From a virus (taxonomy: Duplodnaviria > Heunggongvirae > Uroviricota > Caudoviricetes): a stretch of 64,000 bases of DNA. The stretch lies in the IMG/VR virus record IMGVR_UViG_2770939580_000003, positions 41,062-105,061 of that record. The stretch is one strand, 5' to 3'. Under the pieces are notes generated by a model that was not told the origin of the DNA, did not search any database, and saw only the letters and a list, made by a program, of their open reading frames with translations. Shown here piece after piece: positions 39,145 to 49,679 of this stretch (position 1 is its first letter; every line of letters begins with the position of its first letter). A program made the translations under genes and the position numbers.

Positions 39145-39740
39145 ATTTGTCCCTCCTTATCTTAGTAAAACTCTTCTTTTATTAAATCACTGCAATGAGT
39201 CAATAATTGTCTGAACAAATTCATCAAGCTCATATGCTGTTTCTGTGTCATTTGTTTTCTCAGCAATCTCATTCAACTTGTTTGCTACTGCTATAAGAAA
39301 CTCATTATCTGCTCGCAATTCTATCTCTCCTATTCCTTATGAAATTCAAATTTCAAATAGATTTTTACTTCTCTGTCAAACTGACTGTGATTTGACCAGT
39401 AGAGTATGTTGAATCTTGATTGATGATCAAATTTGATAACCCGTGTTCATCACGTAACTCTTTCGCAATTCCAAATATCTTCTCATCGAGCAATTCAGTA
39501 AATTTTTCAATGTCCAATTATTATCGCCTCCTCGGTACTGTGTTGTTATTCAGTTTCACTCAAAGGTTTATCAGGATAAAATCTATCATCTTCGCTATGA
39601 GTATCACAGGCATTTACAGGAATGAAGCTGTCTTTATTATCAGAGCCACTTACGCGTCCATAGATATGTCCCGTATATATTGCTTGCTTGTCGCAATTAA
39701 TGTGGTCGCAAGTTTTCATTTTTGTGTCTCTCCCTTAGTA

Positions 39741-40004
39741 TTATTTTTTATAAACTCGCAACTTTTCTTCCAAGTCCCCAAATGTAGTAGATGTTTTAAT
39801 TACAGCCAACCGAATCTCTTCTAAAAGCTCGACAGGAATATTGGCATGATCTAAAACCGTCAACGCCCAAGAAAGATGGTGTGAGGCGTTCTGCATGTGA
39901 ACCAGTGACTGGTATGCATAATCATCAAGTTTTCCGTTTTCTTTGAACGCTTCATAGTTTGGTTGATGAGCAGTGTAACTTCCGAATTCTGCTTGTTTAT
40001 TCAT
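39741..40004 (-). CDS. hypothetical protein
   Basis: ORF track. Confidence 0.5.
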   Translation of the reverse strand: MNKQAEFGSYTAHQPNYEAFKENGKLDDYAYQSLVHMQNASHHLSWALTVLDHANIPVELLEEIRLAVIKTSTTFGDLEEKLRVYKK

Positions 40005-40061
40005 TTCTCATAACTCCTTGGTTTTTATATAATACAAAATTTGTTTAATTATTTTTGTGTT

Positions 40062-40307
40062 TTACTTGATTTTGTAAAATTCTTTTTTACAGCACATCCA
40101 GAATGAATGGTTCTCATTTCCGTTGTCGTCTTCTATGTATGTTTCCTCATCTATCGCAGCACAATCGTCGTATCTTTTTAACCTCAGCTCGTACATTCCC
40201 CCAACAGTGACTGGAACATTTCTAAGCTTGTCTACGATTTTAACATAGGTGGCTTCCTCCTCATTTGTTGTTGGCACTAAATCAGATTCGCTTATCTCAA
40301 CATACAT
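40062..40307 (-). CDS. hypothetical protein
   Basis: ORF track. Confidence 0.45.
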   Translation of the reverse strand: MYVEISESDLVPTTNEEEATYVKIVDKLRNVPVTVGGMYELRLKRYDDCAAIDEETYIEDDNGNENHSFWMCCKKEFYKIK

Positions 40308-40363
40308 TCGACCATCCCTTTCGATCTGATATTCATATTATAACTCTATAACAACATAAGTCA

Positions 40364-40384
40364 AGTATTATATTTGTGTTTATT
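40364..40384 (-). repeat. 21-bp intergenic motif copy, variant (plus AGTATTATATTTGTGTTTATT)
   Basis: exact reading. Confidence 0.6.
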
Positions 40385-40591
40385 ATTTTGAATGAAAACT
40401 ATATTTTATCAACTCACACATCAGTCAAAATATCCATCATCTTTTCAATAGTTTCATCATTCAAACCATTGACCTCTTTCCAATCATTCACTAAGAACTT
40501 TAATGGTGGACACTCTAGATCCCACCAAGATAGAAAGCTAAGCTGTTCAAGTTGCTTTACAGTAAACATTTAACACCCCTTATAATTAGTT

Positions 40592-41659
40592 TCATTTGGA
40601 AAATGTGCAAATACAATCATCCAAAAACGTATTGAATTGTTCTTTGCCCTTATCAACAGGCGACATCTTGTCTGCAAATATATCTTTATTATCATACACA
40701 TAATAGACTCGTCTACCCTTAATCTGCCTCAATTGATTTAAAACAAACTCTTCATCCTTACCTTTATCCCACAAAAACACTAAATCAATATCAATCCCTA
40801 AATCTTTGAGAAGTTTAACCTGAACAGGAGACAGTCTATCTCCCTCTATGGATACAGAGTTTTTAATTCCCCATCCCCATAAGGTCATTGCTGTTTTTGC
40901 ACCCTCAACAATGTACACTTTTTTCTTATCTTGAATATGAGCTCTAGATCTGTGTAAATTAAATAGTTCAATAGCTTTGCTACAAGGGTAAATATACGAA
41001 TATTTTTTATGGGCAAGTAATTCTTTATCTTGACCGACATATCTACCTTTAACGCCTATTAATTTCCCCATTGAGTTATGAATAGGTATACTCACTCTGT
41101 TCGTGGGTAAATGGTATCCAATACCAAACTCTCTTTGGGTATGAACATCTATTCCTTCACCAATCCAATCGTACCACCCATCTAAAATGAATTCATTTAA
41201 AACTCTGTCGTCTAGAACTGGATTGCTTGTCACTTCATAGATTTTAGGACGTTGCTTTTGTATATCCCTAAGCCACCAATTCCAATCGGTCTTCGGTTTC
41301 TCGTTAGGAAAGTTTGTTTCAGTGTGTTCATAACCTAGAGAGTTACATATGTAAGTTTTAATTTGATACAGTTTAGACCTGACTTCATCGAAGTTTTTAC
41401 ATTCGTATAAAACAAATCCAACCAGAGCATATATGTCTCCACTTATACCTTCTCCAACCAGTTCTGTATGAAGTGTCTCATTCAGGTAAATCTGTGCTCC
41501 CCGTGGATTTTTCGATCCGGGTAGTCTAGCTGTGACTAGATCGTCTCCGCTGCGTCCTGATTTAATCTTTATATCTAAACAGCCCAACTCTTCTAATAGC
41601 TGCCCAATTGTGCCTTCATCATATATTCGTTCTTTTAATAGTTTGAGCGAGTCAGACAC
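40592..41659 (-). CDS. DNA primase (TOPRIM domain)
   Basis: VYIVEGAKTAMTLW...DIDLVFLWDKG (E..D..D TOPRIM acidic residues); adjacent to helicase. Confidence 0.65.
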   Translation of the reverse strand: MSDSLKLLKERIYDEGTIGQLLEELGCLDIKIKSGRSGDDLVTARLPGSKNPRGAQIYLNETLHTELVGEGISGDIYALVGFVLYECKNFDEVRSKLYQIKTYICNSLGYEHTETNFPNEKPKTDWNWWLRDIQKQRPKIYEVTSNPVLDDRVLNEFILDGWYDWIGEGIDVHTQREFGIGYHLPTNRVSIPIHNSMGKLIGVKGRYVGQDKELLAHKKYSYIYPCSKAIELFNLHRSRAHIQDKKKVYIVEGAKTAMTLWGWGIKNSVSIEGDRLSPVQVKLLKDLGIDIDLVFLWDKGKDEEFVLNQLRQIKGRRVYYVYDNKDIFADKMSPVDKGKEQFNTFLDDCICTFSK

Positions 41660-41673
41660 ATAACCTCCCCCTG

Positions 41674-43173
41674 TTAGTAATTATGATCATCGTAAACCGT
41701 TGTGAATCCAACTTCATACCATGTATTGATTCCAAAGTAAGGTTTTAACACCAATACCTTTTGCCCAGTTTTGTTATCTGCTCCACGTCTATTCTTTCCA
41801 TAGAATAGCAAGTAATATTGATGTCCCTTATCTCGTTTAAGAGGTTTATCTATGTATGTTTGAGTAAAATCATCCCACTGATTTACTAATAACTCATGTT
41901 TACCACCTTCGTATTCATCATCCCACATAAACCTGCCCAAAATTAACACAGATGCTTCGTTCTTGATTTTCTTTGCATCTCCTAAAGCATATTCATTGAG
42001 GAATCTCATCTTTAATGCTGTGTCTGCGAGTTGGACATTGATCCATACAGCTAGGTTCAACCCGCCACCATTAGGACGTGCAAGTTTATATATCTCCTTC
42101 ATGTCTTCCACAAAACGTTCCCAACGAGCCATGCTTGCATCGCCTTCAGATGGCTTACCTGTATCTATGATGATCCGCTTAAGTCCTCTTGCTGCATAAT
42201 GTTTAACAAGTTTTTTCACATCGTCCATGATGTAATTTTCCATGAAGACAAAAGTAATTAATTTTTCATCCCCGTCACACAGATCTTTTACCCATCTTAC
42301 GGCCTTACGAAGTCTTTCTTTTTCATCATCACTAAATCCGCCTTCATTAAGTTTTTGCCTATCGACATATTCTTTCGTTCCTACACCCATCGCTGTAACA
42401 ATTAACGCTTTTTTAAACTCAGAGATCGACTGCTCATTTGCTATAACTAAAAGTTTTTCTTTGTGCTGAATACATGACATGATAACTTTGTTTACAGTAA
42501 GACTCGTCTTACCACTACCACCGAATCCACCATACATATAAACATGCCCATAATCCCATCCAGTGGTAATCTTAGTCATTCGCTTACTCTCATAGAATGG
42601 TAACCCAACCGTAGGATTCTCATCCCAGTCTGCAATTTCTTCGTCTAATCCTTCTAGCAAAAAATGCTCATCATATTTGTTATCACCGTCAATCCCTAAT
42701 TGAAGAATCTTATCATTCCAATATGTATGTAATTGCTCTTTGGTCATCTTTTTGTAGTTGTACTTACCCTCATCCGTAATGACTCTTTCTCCAAAGTATT
42801 CAATCAGTTTATTGATCAGATTGTACTTTTTCACTTCGCCATAGTAAGCATCTAAATTATCCTCTTTGTCTCTTACCTCCGAAGATAGTTCGTGTATTGT
42901 TTCGAATCCTCCATATTTTTCATAGGTGGTAGAAGTATTTGTTTCGGCAACTACCTGTGAGACTGATATGTCGTCAAAAACCTTGATTCCTTTTTCAGAA
43001 AGCTTTCTTCCCAATGTAAAAAAGAATCCGTAGGCCGTGTTCATAAACGATTTATAATTTAGCTTTTCTTCAGAATAAAAATTATAGTTATCAGGATTTC
43101 TCCAGAACAAACCAGTTAGGTATCCTTCGGCTGCAACGATTTCTCTACTTAATCTCTCTTTGATACTTGACAC
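41674..43173 (-). CDS. DnaB-like replicative DNA helicase (RecA-fold)
   Basis: Walker A GGFGGSGKTS, Walker B region, about 500 aa. Confidence 0.75.
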   Translation of the reverse strand: MSSIKERLSREIVAAEGYLTGLFWRNPDNYNFYSEEKLNYKSFMNTAYGFFFTLGRKLSEKGIKVFDDISVSQVVAETNTSTTYEKYGGFETIHELSSEVRDKEDNLDAYYGEVKKYNLINKLIEYFGERVITDEGKYNYKKMTKEQLHTYWNDKILQLGIDGDNKYDEHFLLEGLDEEIADWDENPTVGLPFYESKRMTKITTGWDYGHVYMYGGFGGSGKTSLTVNKVIMSCIQHKEKLLVIANEQSISEFKKALIVTAMGVGTKEYVDRQKLNEGGFSDDEKERLRKAVRWVKDLCDGDEKLITFVFMENYIMDDVKKLVKHYAARGLKRIIIDTGKPSEGDASMARWERFVEDMKEIYKLARPNGGGLNLAVWINVQLADTALKMRFLNEYALGDAKKIKNEASVLILGRFMWDDEYEGGKHELLVNQWDDFTQTYIDKPLKRDKGHQYYLLFYGKNRRGADNKTGQKVLVLKPYFGINTWYEVGFTTVYDDHNY

Positions 43174-43183
43174 TTAATCCCCC

Positions 43184-43843
43184 CTATAAGAAGTCTGAAA
43201 TATCATTACTGTTTGTCTTTTTAGGAGTGTAAGATATCTCTTCAATAATCGTAACTTCTTTGTTTAGCTTTTGCTCTTGAACTTGTCTTTCTCTATTTCT
43301 ACGTCTTACAAATGCTTCGTTTAATTTACCAATCATTATGCTTATACAGTAATTTATTGATTTAACATCATTTGAACCGTCTAGTTTGTTCTTTAAGCTA
43401 TTTCTAATCGTAAGTTCTGATAGGACATAGGCATCTAACATAAGTGAGAAATCTGGGCCAGTTCTCCACTTTCTAATTCTTTCTCCATTTTTAGTTTCGA
43501 ATCCAGCCCTCAAATCTTTAAGCCTAGTAATATTTGATTTCGGGATTACAGTTAAATCATGAAGTTTTTCTATGTATTTGCATAATACATCCCAATTTTC
43601 ATTTTCAATTTTGGTGTCTTCTACTTTCTTTTGAAACAAAGTAGCACATTTCTTATGAACTTTATTTTTCTTACTGTATGTTTCACCTTTCTTGCGTATT
43701 TTTTTACCATCAGGATCAAATTTATCTTTTGCATATTTATGTTGTGTTTCCACTATAGTCATACTATCATCTAACATTGAGAATTCATTGCAATATTTGC
43801 ACTTAACTGGTCTAGCCAGTTTAATCACCTCCTTAGAATACAA
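43184..43843 (-). CDS. hypothetical zinc-finger protein
   Basis: CKYC near N-terminus. Confidence 0.5.
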   Translation of the reverse strand: MYSKEVIKLARPVKCKYCNEFSMLDDSMTIVETQHKYAKDKFDPDGKKIRKKGETYSKKNKVHKKCATLFQKKVEDTKIENENWDVLCKYIEKLHDLTVIPKSNITRLKDLRAGFETKNGERIRKWRTGPDFSLMLDAYVLSELTIRNSLKNKLDGSNDVKSINYCISIMIGKLNEAFVRRRNRERQVQEQKLNKEVTIIEEISYTPKKTNSNDISDFL

Positions 43844-44669
43844 AACTTTCGAACTCAGGTAATCTTAGCAAGTTGTTTTTGGTGTATCCTCGGTGTTTAA
43901 CTACACACTTAATGACAGGATCAATGTAAACTGTATCCTCTGTCTCTTTCTTTTTAAGTTGCTGGAATACTCTATATCCCGCTTTTCTCTCGTTTGTACC
44001 AACAGCTAAACTCATTACTCCTACTATTCGTTTACCATCAGATAAAAGCCATCCAAATTCATTTTTCTTGTATCCAGCAATGTAGTATTCGCCTACCTCA
44101 TACGCAATTACCTTCAACCATTTATCAGATCGCTTATCAACTTCATATTTTGAGCTGATATCCTTCAAAACTACTCCTTCAAGTTTTTGCTGCTTAGCGA
44201 GGTTGAAGTACTTAATTCCATTTCCTCTTATATAGATCGATTTCGCATAGTAATCATTGTTTACGAAGGCATTAGATAGTATTTCTTTGCGCTCTATAAG
44301 AGGTTTGGAAATCACACTTTCACCTTCAAAGTTGATGATATCGAAAGCACAGAATGCAACCCTATGCTTACTCTTCTTTGCCATGAACCGTTCCATGACA
44401 AATTCAAAGTTCGGCTTACCATCTGAATCAGTAACGATCAGTTCTCCATCAAGCGTTGTTCCTTTTTGAATTGGTATGTTTTCAACCAACTCAGGGAACT
44501 TGGCAGTAACATCATTGTTATGTCTTGTGTAGACTTTTACCTTATCCCTGTAATCGATGATAAGGCGTATGCCATCGAGTTTAAGCTCTGTTAAGTGCAA
44601 ATCACTATCGAATGGCAAGTTGTTTGGTGCTTTGTATAGTAACATTGGAGAAGTAAACATATTAATCAC
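43833..44669 (-). CDS. ATP-dependent DNA ligase (minimal, 278 aa)
   Basis: motif I ELKLDGIRL (KxDG), adenylation-domain layout. Confidence 0.8.
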   Translation of the reverse strand: MINMFTSPMLLYKAPNNLPFDSDLHLTELKLDGIRLIIDYRDKVKVYTRHNNDVTAKFPELVENIPIQKGTTLDGELIVTDSDGKPNFEFVMERFMAKKSKHRVAFCAFDIINFEGESVISKPLIERKEILSNAFVNNDYYAKSIYIRGNGIKYFNLAKQQKLEGVVLKDISSKYEVDKRSDKWLKVIAYEVGEYYIAGYKKNEFGWLLSDGKRIVGVMSLAVGTNERKAGYRVFQQLKKKETEDTVYIDPVIKCVVKHRGYTKNNLLRLPEFESFVF

Positions 44670-44862
44670 CCATTTAAGTATATCAAACGGGATTATACAG
44701 TTTCATCGGTAATATATGTATAGTTTTATATACTACACTTACTCACTTTTCTCCATAACTTCGTGATCCTTATTTTCTTTATCTTTATTATTATAGTGTT
44801 TTAATATATCGTCTACTGTTTTAAACTCTACTTCCACTTACAATCAATCCAATCTTTGTTTA

Positions 44863-45090
44863 TTAATTTTCTTCGCATTCATTTATTTCTACAAATCGCT
44901 TTGTGCCATCATCTGTATGACCGAAAAACATGTTTGCTGGTCTAGCCCATACAAGGTCATCCTCACCAATGTAGACAACTAGCACCTCTCTGGTTTCAGT
45001 GTGTCTTGCTAGTCTTATAAGTTTGTATAATCCACCCTTATAATGTCTAAATGACTGACCCTTGTTTTCCTCGAAACTCAACAAAATCAC
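44863..45090 (-). CDS. DUF1653 family protein
   Basis: FRHYKGGLYKL...HTET...VVY pattern. Confidence 0.55.
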   Translation of the reverse strand: MILLSFEENKGQSFRHYKGGLYKLIRLARHTETREVLVVYIGEDDLVWARPANMFFGHTDDGTKRFVEINECEEN

Positions 45091-45194
45091 CTCCCTTATG
45101 ATCTTCCATTCTCCGTATATCTTCCATTTCCTTATCCTATATTCTGATGAAACTGTACTTTTACTTAGAACTTCTCTCAGAACGTTTTTTTATA

Positions 45195-45623
45195 TCATTG
45201 CTCTACCCACTTGTGCTTCAGTGCACCTTTACGCTTCAATCGCAACGCATTTTCACTTGGCTTGACAAACTCTTTCATCATAGACATCTTTCCATACTTG
45301 TCGTATTGCCAGCCATCCTTACCTGTACCTCTGCAATCGGGACAAGCGTAACCTGTATCCCAAATGCTTGCTCGTTCAACCCCTCCGCCGTTGCACCATT
45401 TGCAGTCCGGAAGGATCGAGAGGAGATAATCTTCCGACTCCTTGAAAAGTTCCCATTGTGTATACCAGTACTTTTTTAATTCTTTTTTTGTTTTGCGTGA
45501 TGTCAATTGAATATCCCCGTTATTACGTTCATAATACTTCCAGTGTTTATCTATGTATGTGGTATTATTGATAATTAGCTCCTCCTTTAATTTTATGTTA
45601 CCATACATATTTTTATTCTTCAA
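45195..45623 (-). CDS. hypothetical Cys-rich protein (TTG start in track; CKWC..CPDC)
   Basis: ORF track. Confidence 0.5.
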   Translation of the reverse strand: MKNKNMYGNIKLKEELIINNTTYIDKHWKYYERNNGDIQLTSRKTKKELKKYWYTQWELFKESEDYLLSILPDCKWCNGGGVERASIWDTGYACPDCRGTGKDGWQYDKYGKMSMMKEFVKPSENALRLKRKGALKHKWVEQ

Positions 45624-45643
45624 GTATTATTTTTGTCTTATTA
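45623..45643 (-). repeat. 21-bp intergenic motif copy, variant (plus AGTATTATTTTTGTCTTATTA)
   Basis: exact reading. Confidence 0.55.
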
Positions 45644-45916
45644 AATAATCTTCAGTTCCATGTCCAATGCTAACGCTAACTTAATTAACACCTCAATACT
45701 GGGAACATTATCATCCTCAGTTAAATCGACAATTGATTTTTCACTAACTTGAGCTTTCAGTGCGAGATCTGTATTACTAATCCCCTCGTCTGTTTGTTTT
45801 CTCAATATAGCCACACATAGTTTGGCAGACAGTGCGATCATCTTCTTTCTAACTTCTGAATCATAATCAAGCGATTCTTTAATTTCAGTCCATCTTTTAA
45901 GGTTTTTAACTTCCAC
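45641..45916 (-). CDS. XRE-family helix-turn-helix transcriptional regulator
   Basis: ISNTDLALKAQVSEKSIVDLTE HTH segment. Confidence 0.5.
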   Translation of the reverse strand: MEVKNLKRWTEIKESLDYDSEVRKKMIALSAKLCVAILRKQTDEGISNTDLALKAQVSEKSIVDLTEDDNVPSIEVLIKLALALDMELKII

Positions 45917-46155
45917 TCTTCATCCTCATTTCTATATGAATTCAACCTTTTATAGATATCTTCTTTAAAGTACTAAACGGATTCTTTTCTTGCTCTGTTG
46001 AAATGCGTTCTGAACCGATCTAAAACCCAATCTCGGTCATAATGATTATCGTCAGCGACTTCATTACATGTCTGCAATACTTCATCTACAAGTTCGTCGA
46101 TACGCTCTATAGCTTTTTTGTATAGTTTTTTATCGTCATCCAAACCAGCCACTCC

Positions 46156-46602
46156 CTACTTTTTGTCTTTAATCTTCAAGTTTCTATGTAACTCCAAATC
46201 AAGAGCTCCAAATACTTCTGATTCAATCTCATATTTCTTAGGCAATAAATCTTTGGGAGACCAATTTGAATAAACGTTTCTCATATGATCGCCAAAAATC
46301 GAATACATTTTCCACCCGAAACGTTCCATCTTTGCCATTGAGCCATAGTCAATCTTAACAATTGCAGGGAAAACATCTACGTCTTGTTCCTCCTTAATCC
46401 TCTTGGCTAGTTTGTATGAAGTTTTAGTAATTAAAGCCTTATTCCCTCTGCTCATATTCTGATTGACCAGAAGTTCCATGACTGGCTTCCACTTGTCGTT
46501 GTCATACTCTTGTCTAATTTCTTCCCATAATTCATCATCTTCATCACTGTGCCAATCCCACGAATCCGCTTTGAGCTTCTTGAATAAATGGTAATGCTGC
46601 AT
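46156..46602 (-). CDS. hypothetical protein
   Basis: ORF track. Confidence 0.5.
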   Translation of the reverse strand: MQHYHLFKKLKADSWDWHSDEDDELWEEIRQEYDNDKWKPVMELLVNQNMSRGNKALITKTSYKLAKRIKEEQDVDVFPAIVKIDYGSMAKMERFGWKMYSIFGDHMRNVYSNWSPKDLLPKKYEIESEVFGALDLELHRNLKIKDKK

Positions 46603-46634
46603 ATTATCTCCTCATCTCTTGAATAATGCTTAAT

Positions 46635-46916
46635 TTATCTTCTGTCTACCAAATAAATTGTATGGCCTATTTTCTCCAATTCATCTTTCATATGTATCGC
46701 GAACTTCTCTGCAATCGCTCCAGACATACCATATGAACCACTCAACCATATAGCATACTCATCCTTGATTACTACATCTACCGCTGTCGACCATCCCCAA
46801 GGTTGCTTGCTGTTACCCAGAGCAAATGACATTTCTTGAGGTAGATTGCTCACTAGCTTATCAACTTCTTCTTCTGTTATCTTTCTATCTGAAATCAAAT
46901 CAATGCTCCAACCCAT
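46635..46916 (-). CDS. hypothetical protein
   Basis: ORF track. Confidence 0.5.
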   Translation of the reverse strand: MGWSIDLISDRKITEEEVDKLVSNLPQEMSFALGNSKQPWGWSTAVDVVIKDEYAIWLSGSYGMSGAIAEKFAIHMKDELEKIGHTIYLVDRR

Positions 46917-47151
46917 ATTCGCCTAATCTCCTTTCTGTAAAAGTAAACTTTCATTTGATTATTTCAACAGAGATTTGGCATAAGATAAGCTTTCCACCAC
47001 ATTTCCTGCTCGTTCTCCTGCTAGTACTTTTTCAAATTGATCAGTAATCCATTTTAACGCATCCTTAAGTTCATCTACGCGCGGCTGAACTTCATGTGTT
47101 TCACTTACTGAAAATGACTTTAGATCTTCCACAGCTTCACCCCCGTAAAAC

Positions 47152-47337
47152 CTATTTGCGTATCGATTTCAGTACCTCTTCTTCAGACCATCCCAACTTA
47201 TAAAGAGTCAATGCTCCTATTGCTGCATCCATGTCACCATAAGTTACAATTGCTATTTCTTTTGCGAAATCGTACTCTAGCTCATGTGTCCCCGTTAAAA
47301 ATTCTAATACATCTGCCTGTTTTTCATTCAAACTCAT
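47152..47337 (-). CDS. hypothetical protein
   Basis: ORF track. Confidence 0.4.
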   Translation of the reverse strand: MSLNEKQADVLEFLTGTHELEYDFAKEIAIVTYGDMDAAIGALTLYKLGWSEEEVLKSIRK

Positions 47338-47372
47338 TTATACTCTCCCCTATTCTATGTAAAAGAAAGATT

Positions 47373-47612
47373 TTAAATAAACTTAAAGTCACTCATTTTG
47401 AATGTGAAACCGCCATATGAGCTGCTAAGTTGTTTTGTTACGGCATCGTCAAACTCCACCAAATACAAGTCTTCAGAATTGCTTGTTCGGATCGGACTCC
47501 CTTTTATCGTTCCTGATTTACCAATAGCATCTTTCCAAACTGTTGAATCGTTAATTATAACTCTTTTGTTCATCCCTACCTCACCCTTTTCTCCGTGAAA
47601 GGAAAATTTCAT
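47373..47612 (-). CDS. hypothetical protein
   Basis: ORF track. Confidence 0.45.
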   Translation of the reverse strand: MKFSFHGEKGEVGMNKRVIINDSTVWKDAIGKSGTIKGSPIRTSNSEDLYLVEFDDAVTKQLSSSYGGFTFKMSDFKFI

Positions 47613-47620
47613 ATTGATTC

Positions 47621-47884
47621 TTAATGTTTTTTGTCTTTAGGTAGCGCCAATACAACCAAAATACCAACTACAAATGTCAGTGCCATCACTTTCAGCATTT
47701 GAGACTCAAATGTATCAGAAGGATATACTGATCCCATATATATCTCTTGCTCCAACTCTTCTAAAAAACGTTCATTCAGTCGAAATAACTCCGCACCAAA
47801 TATATAAAGTAGTCCTTCAATAGTGATTAATCCAGCTAAAACAATGAGTCCTATCGACTTTGCTTTACTCATTTCAAACCTCAC
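47621..47884 (-). CDS. hypothetical 2-TM membrane protein
   Basis: ORF track. Confidence 0.45.
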   Translation of the reverse strand: MRFEMSKAKSIGLIVLAGLITIEGLLYIFGAELFRLNERFLEELEQEIYMGSVYPSDTFESQMLKVMALTFVVGILVVLALPKDKKH

Positions 47885-47912
47885 TCTCCAAGAATTGTAC
47901 GTTTCATATTAA

Positions 47913-48311
47913 CTAGCTAAATAGAGCTCCTTTTGTGACTTCAACCAATAAAGACTTGGTTAACTCATAAGGTAAGTTTAAAAAGTCGAGTCCTTTCTTT
48001 TTTGCGATTTCTTTTGCTTCGCTTACCACTGCCTCGCTTCTAGCGGCATCAAGAAAGTCATGACCTTCCCATGTAATTCTTGTTGGAGTAAAAGTAGTTT
48101 CTTTACCGAGAGAATGAAAATCTTGAGTTTCAATTAAGCCAAAATCCCTAGTAAGCCATACATTATGCCAAAAATGATAATCCTCAACTTCTGCAAAGTA
48201 TTCTTCAAAATTTTCCTCCCATCCTTCTTCGATACATTTAAGTATATTAATTATCAGTTCCATATCTCTTTTCATGTTTGTCTCCCCGTTTCCATAAAGT
48301 ATTTGTTTCAT
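47913..48311 (-). CDS. hypothetical protein
   Basis: ORF track. Confidence 0.5.
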   Translation of the reverse strand: MKQILYGNGETNMKRDMELIINILKCIEEGWEENFEEYFAEVEDYHFWHNVWLTRDFGLIETQDFHSLGKETTFTPTRITWEGHDFLDAARSEAVVSEAKEIAKKKGLDFLNLPYELTKSLLVEVTKGALFS

Positions 48312-48312
48312 C

Positions 48313-48564
48313 TCAATATAATTTTTGCCCTTTGCCCACTGTCATTTTCCAAGCGCTGATACATGGATACTCAAGTTCTTGACTCTCTGTAAAGCATTCA
48401 TTGCATTCTCCAGCCTTATAAATCTCGCATTTCTCACTAACTATTCTTCTCAATAGTTTTTTCGAAATTACCCTTGCTGTAGGGCCACTTATGTATCTGT
48501 CATCAGTATGAACAGTAATGTATTTTGGATCTAATGTCAGTTCATGTGCTTTCTTCTTTGGCAT
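48313..48564 (-). CDS. hypothetical protein
   Basis: ORF track. Confidence 0.45.
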   Translation of the reverse strand: MPKKKAHELTLDPKYITVHTDDRYISGPTARVISKKLLRRIVSEKCEIYKAGECNECFTESQELEYPCISAWKMTVGKGQKLY

Positions 48565-48607
48565 AGTCTAACTCCTTTCTCCAAGAAAGTCATATTTTAC
48601 AGAGTTT

Positions 48608-48931
48608 TTATATATACCTTTTAACTCGTAATTCAAATTCTTCTAGAGCAAGCTTACGCTCATGAGGATCTCGCCAATCATTAATCATACTAAGTTCTTC
48701 GCTGATTGATTTTTGTACAGCCGCTTTTATATCGTCATCTAATCTGCTTTGGTACTTCATCTGTACATCAGCAATACACAGAATCGACCAATTGTCTTGA
48801 AAATACCAACTGTCTCTATACTCAGCTATAGCAGCATCGACACTTAATCCCGATTTTAACGATTCTTCAAAATCCATATAAAAATCCTGAGCTGTGTCAT
48901 TATCTTCTATTTTAGAACCCCACGCACCCAT
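48608..48931 (-). CDS. hypothetical protein
   Basis: ORF track. Confidence 0.5.
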   Translation of the reverse strand: MGAWGSKIEDNDTAQDFYMDFEESLKSGLSVDAAIAEYRDSWYFQDNWSILCIADVQMKYQSRLDDDIKAAVQKSISEELSMINDWRDPHERKLALEEFELRVKRYI

Positions 48932-48965
48932 CTTTTACATCTCCCCTTTTTATCAAACTCACATT

Positions 48966-49148
48966 TCATTCAACCAGTTCCCATCGTTCATTTGAGGAGT
49001 TAAAAATCAATTCCTCTGTTGTGTACCATGTTTTCCCTTCGTTTTCTGAATCAACTAGAACATTACCTTCTTTTTTAAACCAAGTGCCATCATTGTCTTT
49101 TACTATGTGTCCCAAACTCATCATACTGAAGGCTTCAAAGATATTCAT
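48966..49148 (-). CDS. small protein, possibly DUF2829 (Tad2-like) fold
   Basis: MNIFEAFSMMSLGHIVK..GTWFKK ... ERWELVE resembles DUF2829 N-terminal F/EA..A.K.G..V.R..W and C-terminal DWE(I/L)V pattern; by memory only. Confidence 0.3.
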   Translation of the reverse strand: MNIFEAFSMMSLGHIVKDNDGTWFKKEGNVLVDSENEGKTWYTTEELIFNSSNERWELVE

Positions 49149-49174
49149 ATGACTCTCCTTATAAAAGATTCGTG

Positions 49175-49456
49175 TTATTGTCTTGCTTCATATACATAGA
49201 CCCAATTCGGATAATCATATCCAAGTCCATGAATACTAATCCTACTTCTATTTAAGATGTTGTCATTGTAAAGCGTTGATAGCATCTTACCGAGCTCCTT
49301 GCATTTATTTGCTCCGAATGGCTGGATTGCATGTTTAGGATTGAACTCATCTATGTATGCATCCACAAATTTAACATCTAAAATGTTAACTGGGCCATTC
49401 TTCTCAACATAATCCTTAATCCATTCTTCTTTGATAATAGTTCCTTTCTTTTTCAA
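49175..49456 (-). CDS. hypothetical protein
   Basis: ORF track. Confidence 0.5.
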   Translation of the reverse strand: MKKKGTIIKEEWIKDYVEKNGPVNILDVKFVDAYIDEFNPKHAIQPFGANKCKELGKMLSTLYNDNILNRSRISIHGLGYDYPNWVYVYEARQ

Positions 49457-49496
49457 TTTATCACCTCTTTATGAAACTACTCTTTCACTTGAACTT

Positions 49497-49679
49497 CTAA
49501 AACACAATTATCCTGTCGTTAAAATATACTCCGATCTCACCATCTTCGAATTTTAAAGATACAAAACCACCTGTCTTATCAATTTCAACCACAACGCCTT
49601 CGTAATTCGCTAAATGACCCATAACAGGTCTGGCGGTAGCTCCCATATGTATCACTTTATCGTTATAATCTCTAAGCAT
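49497..49679 (-). CDS. hypothetical protein
   Basis: ORF track. Confidence 0.4.
   Translation of the reverse strand: MLRDYNDKVIHMGATARPVMGHLANYEGVVVEIDKTGGFVSLKFEDGEIGVYFNDRIIVF

Noticed and set aside
39420-39824. 134-aa plus-strand ORF
   Set aside because: The region is better explained by three small minus-strand genes with good RBSs (46-, 56- and 57-aa products by manual translation) and by 39741..40004.
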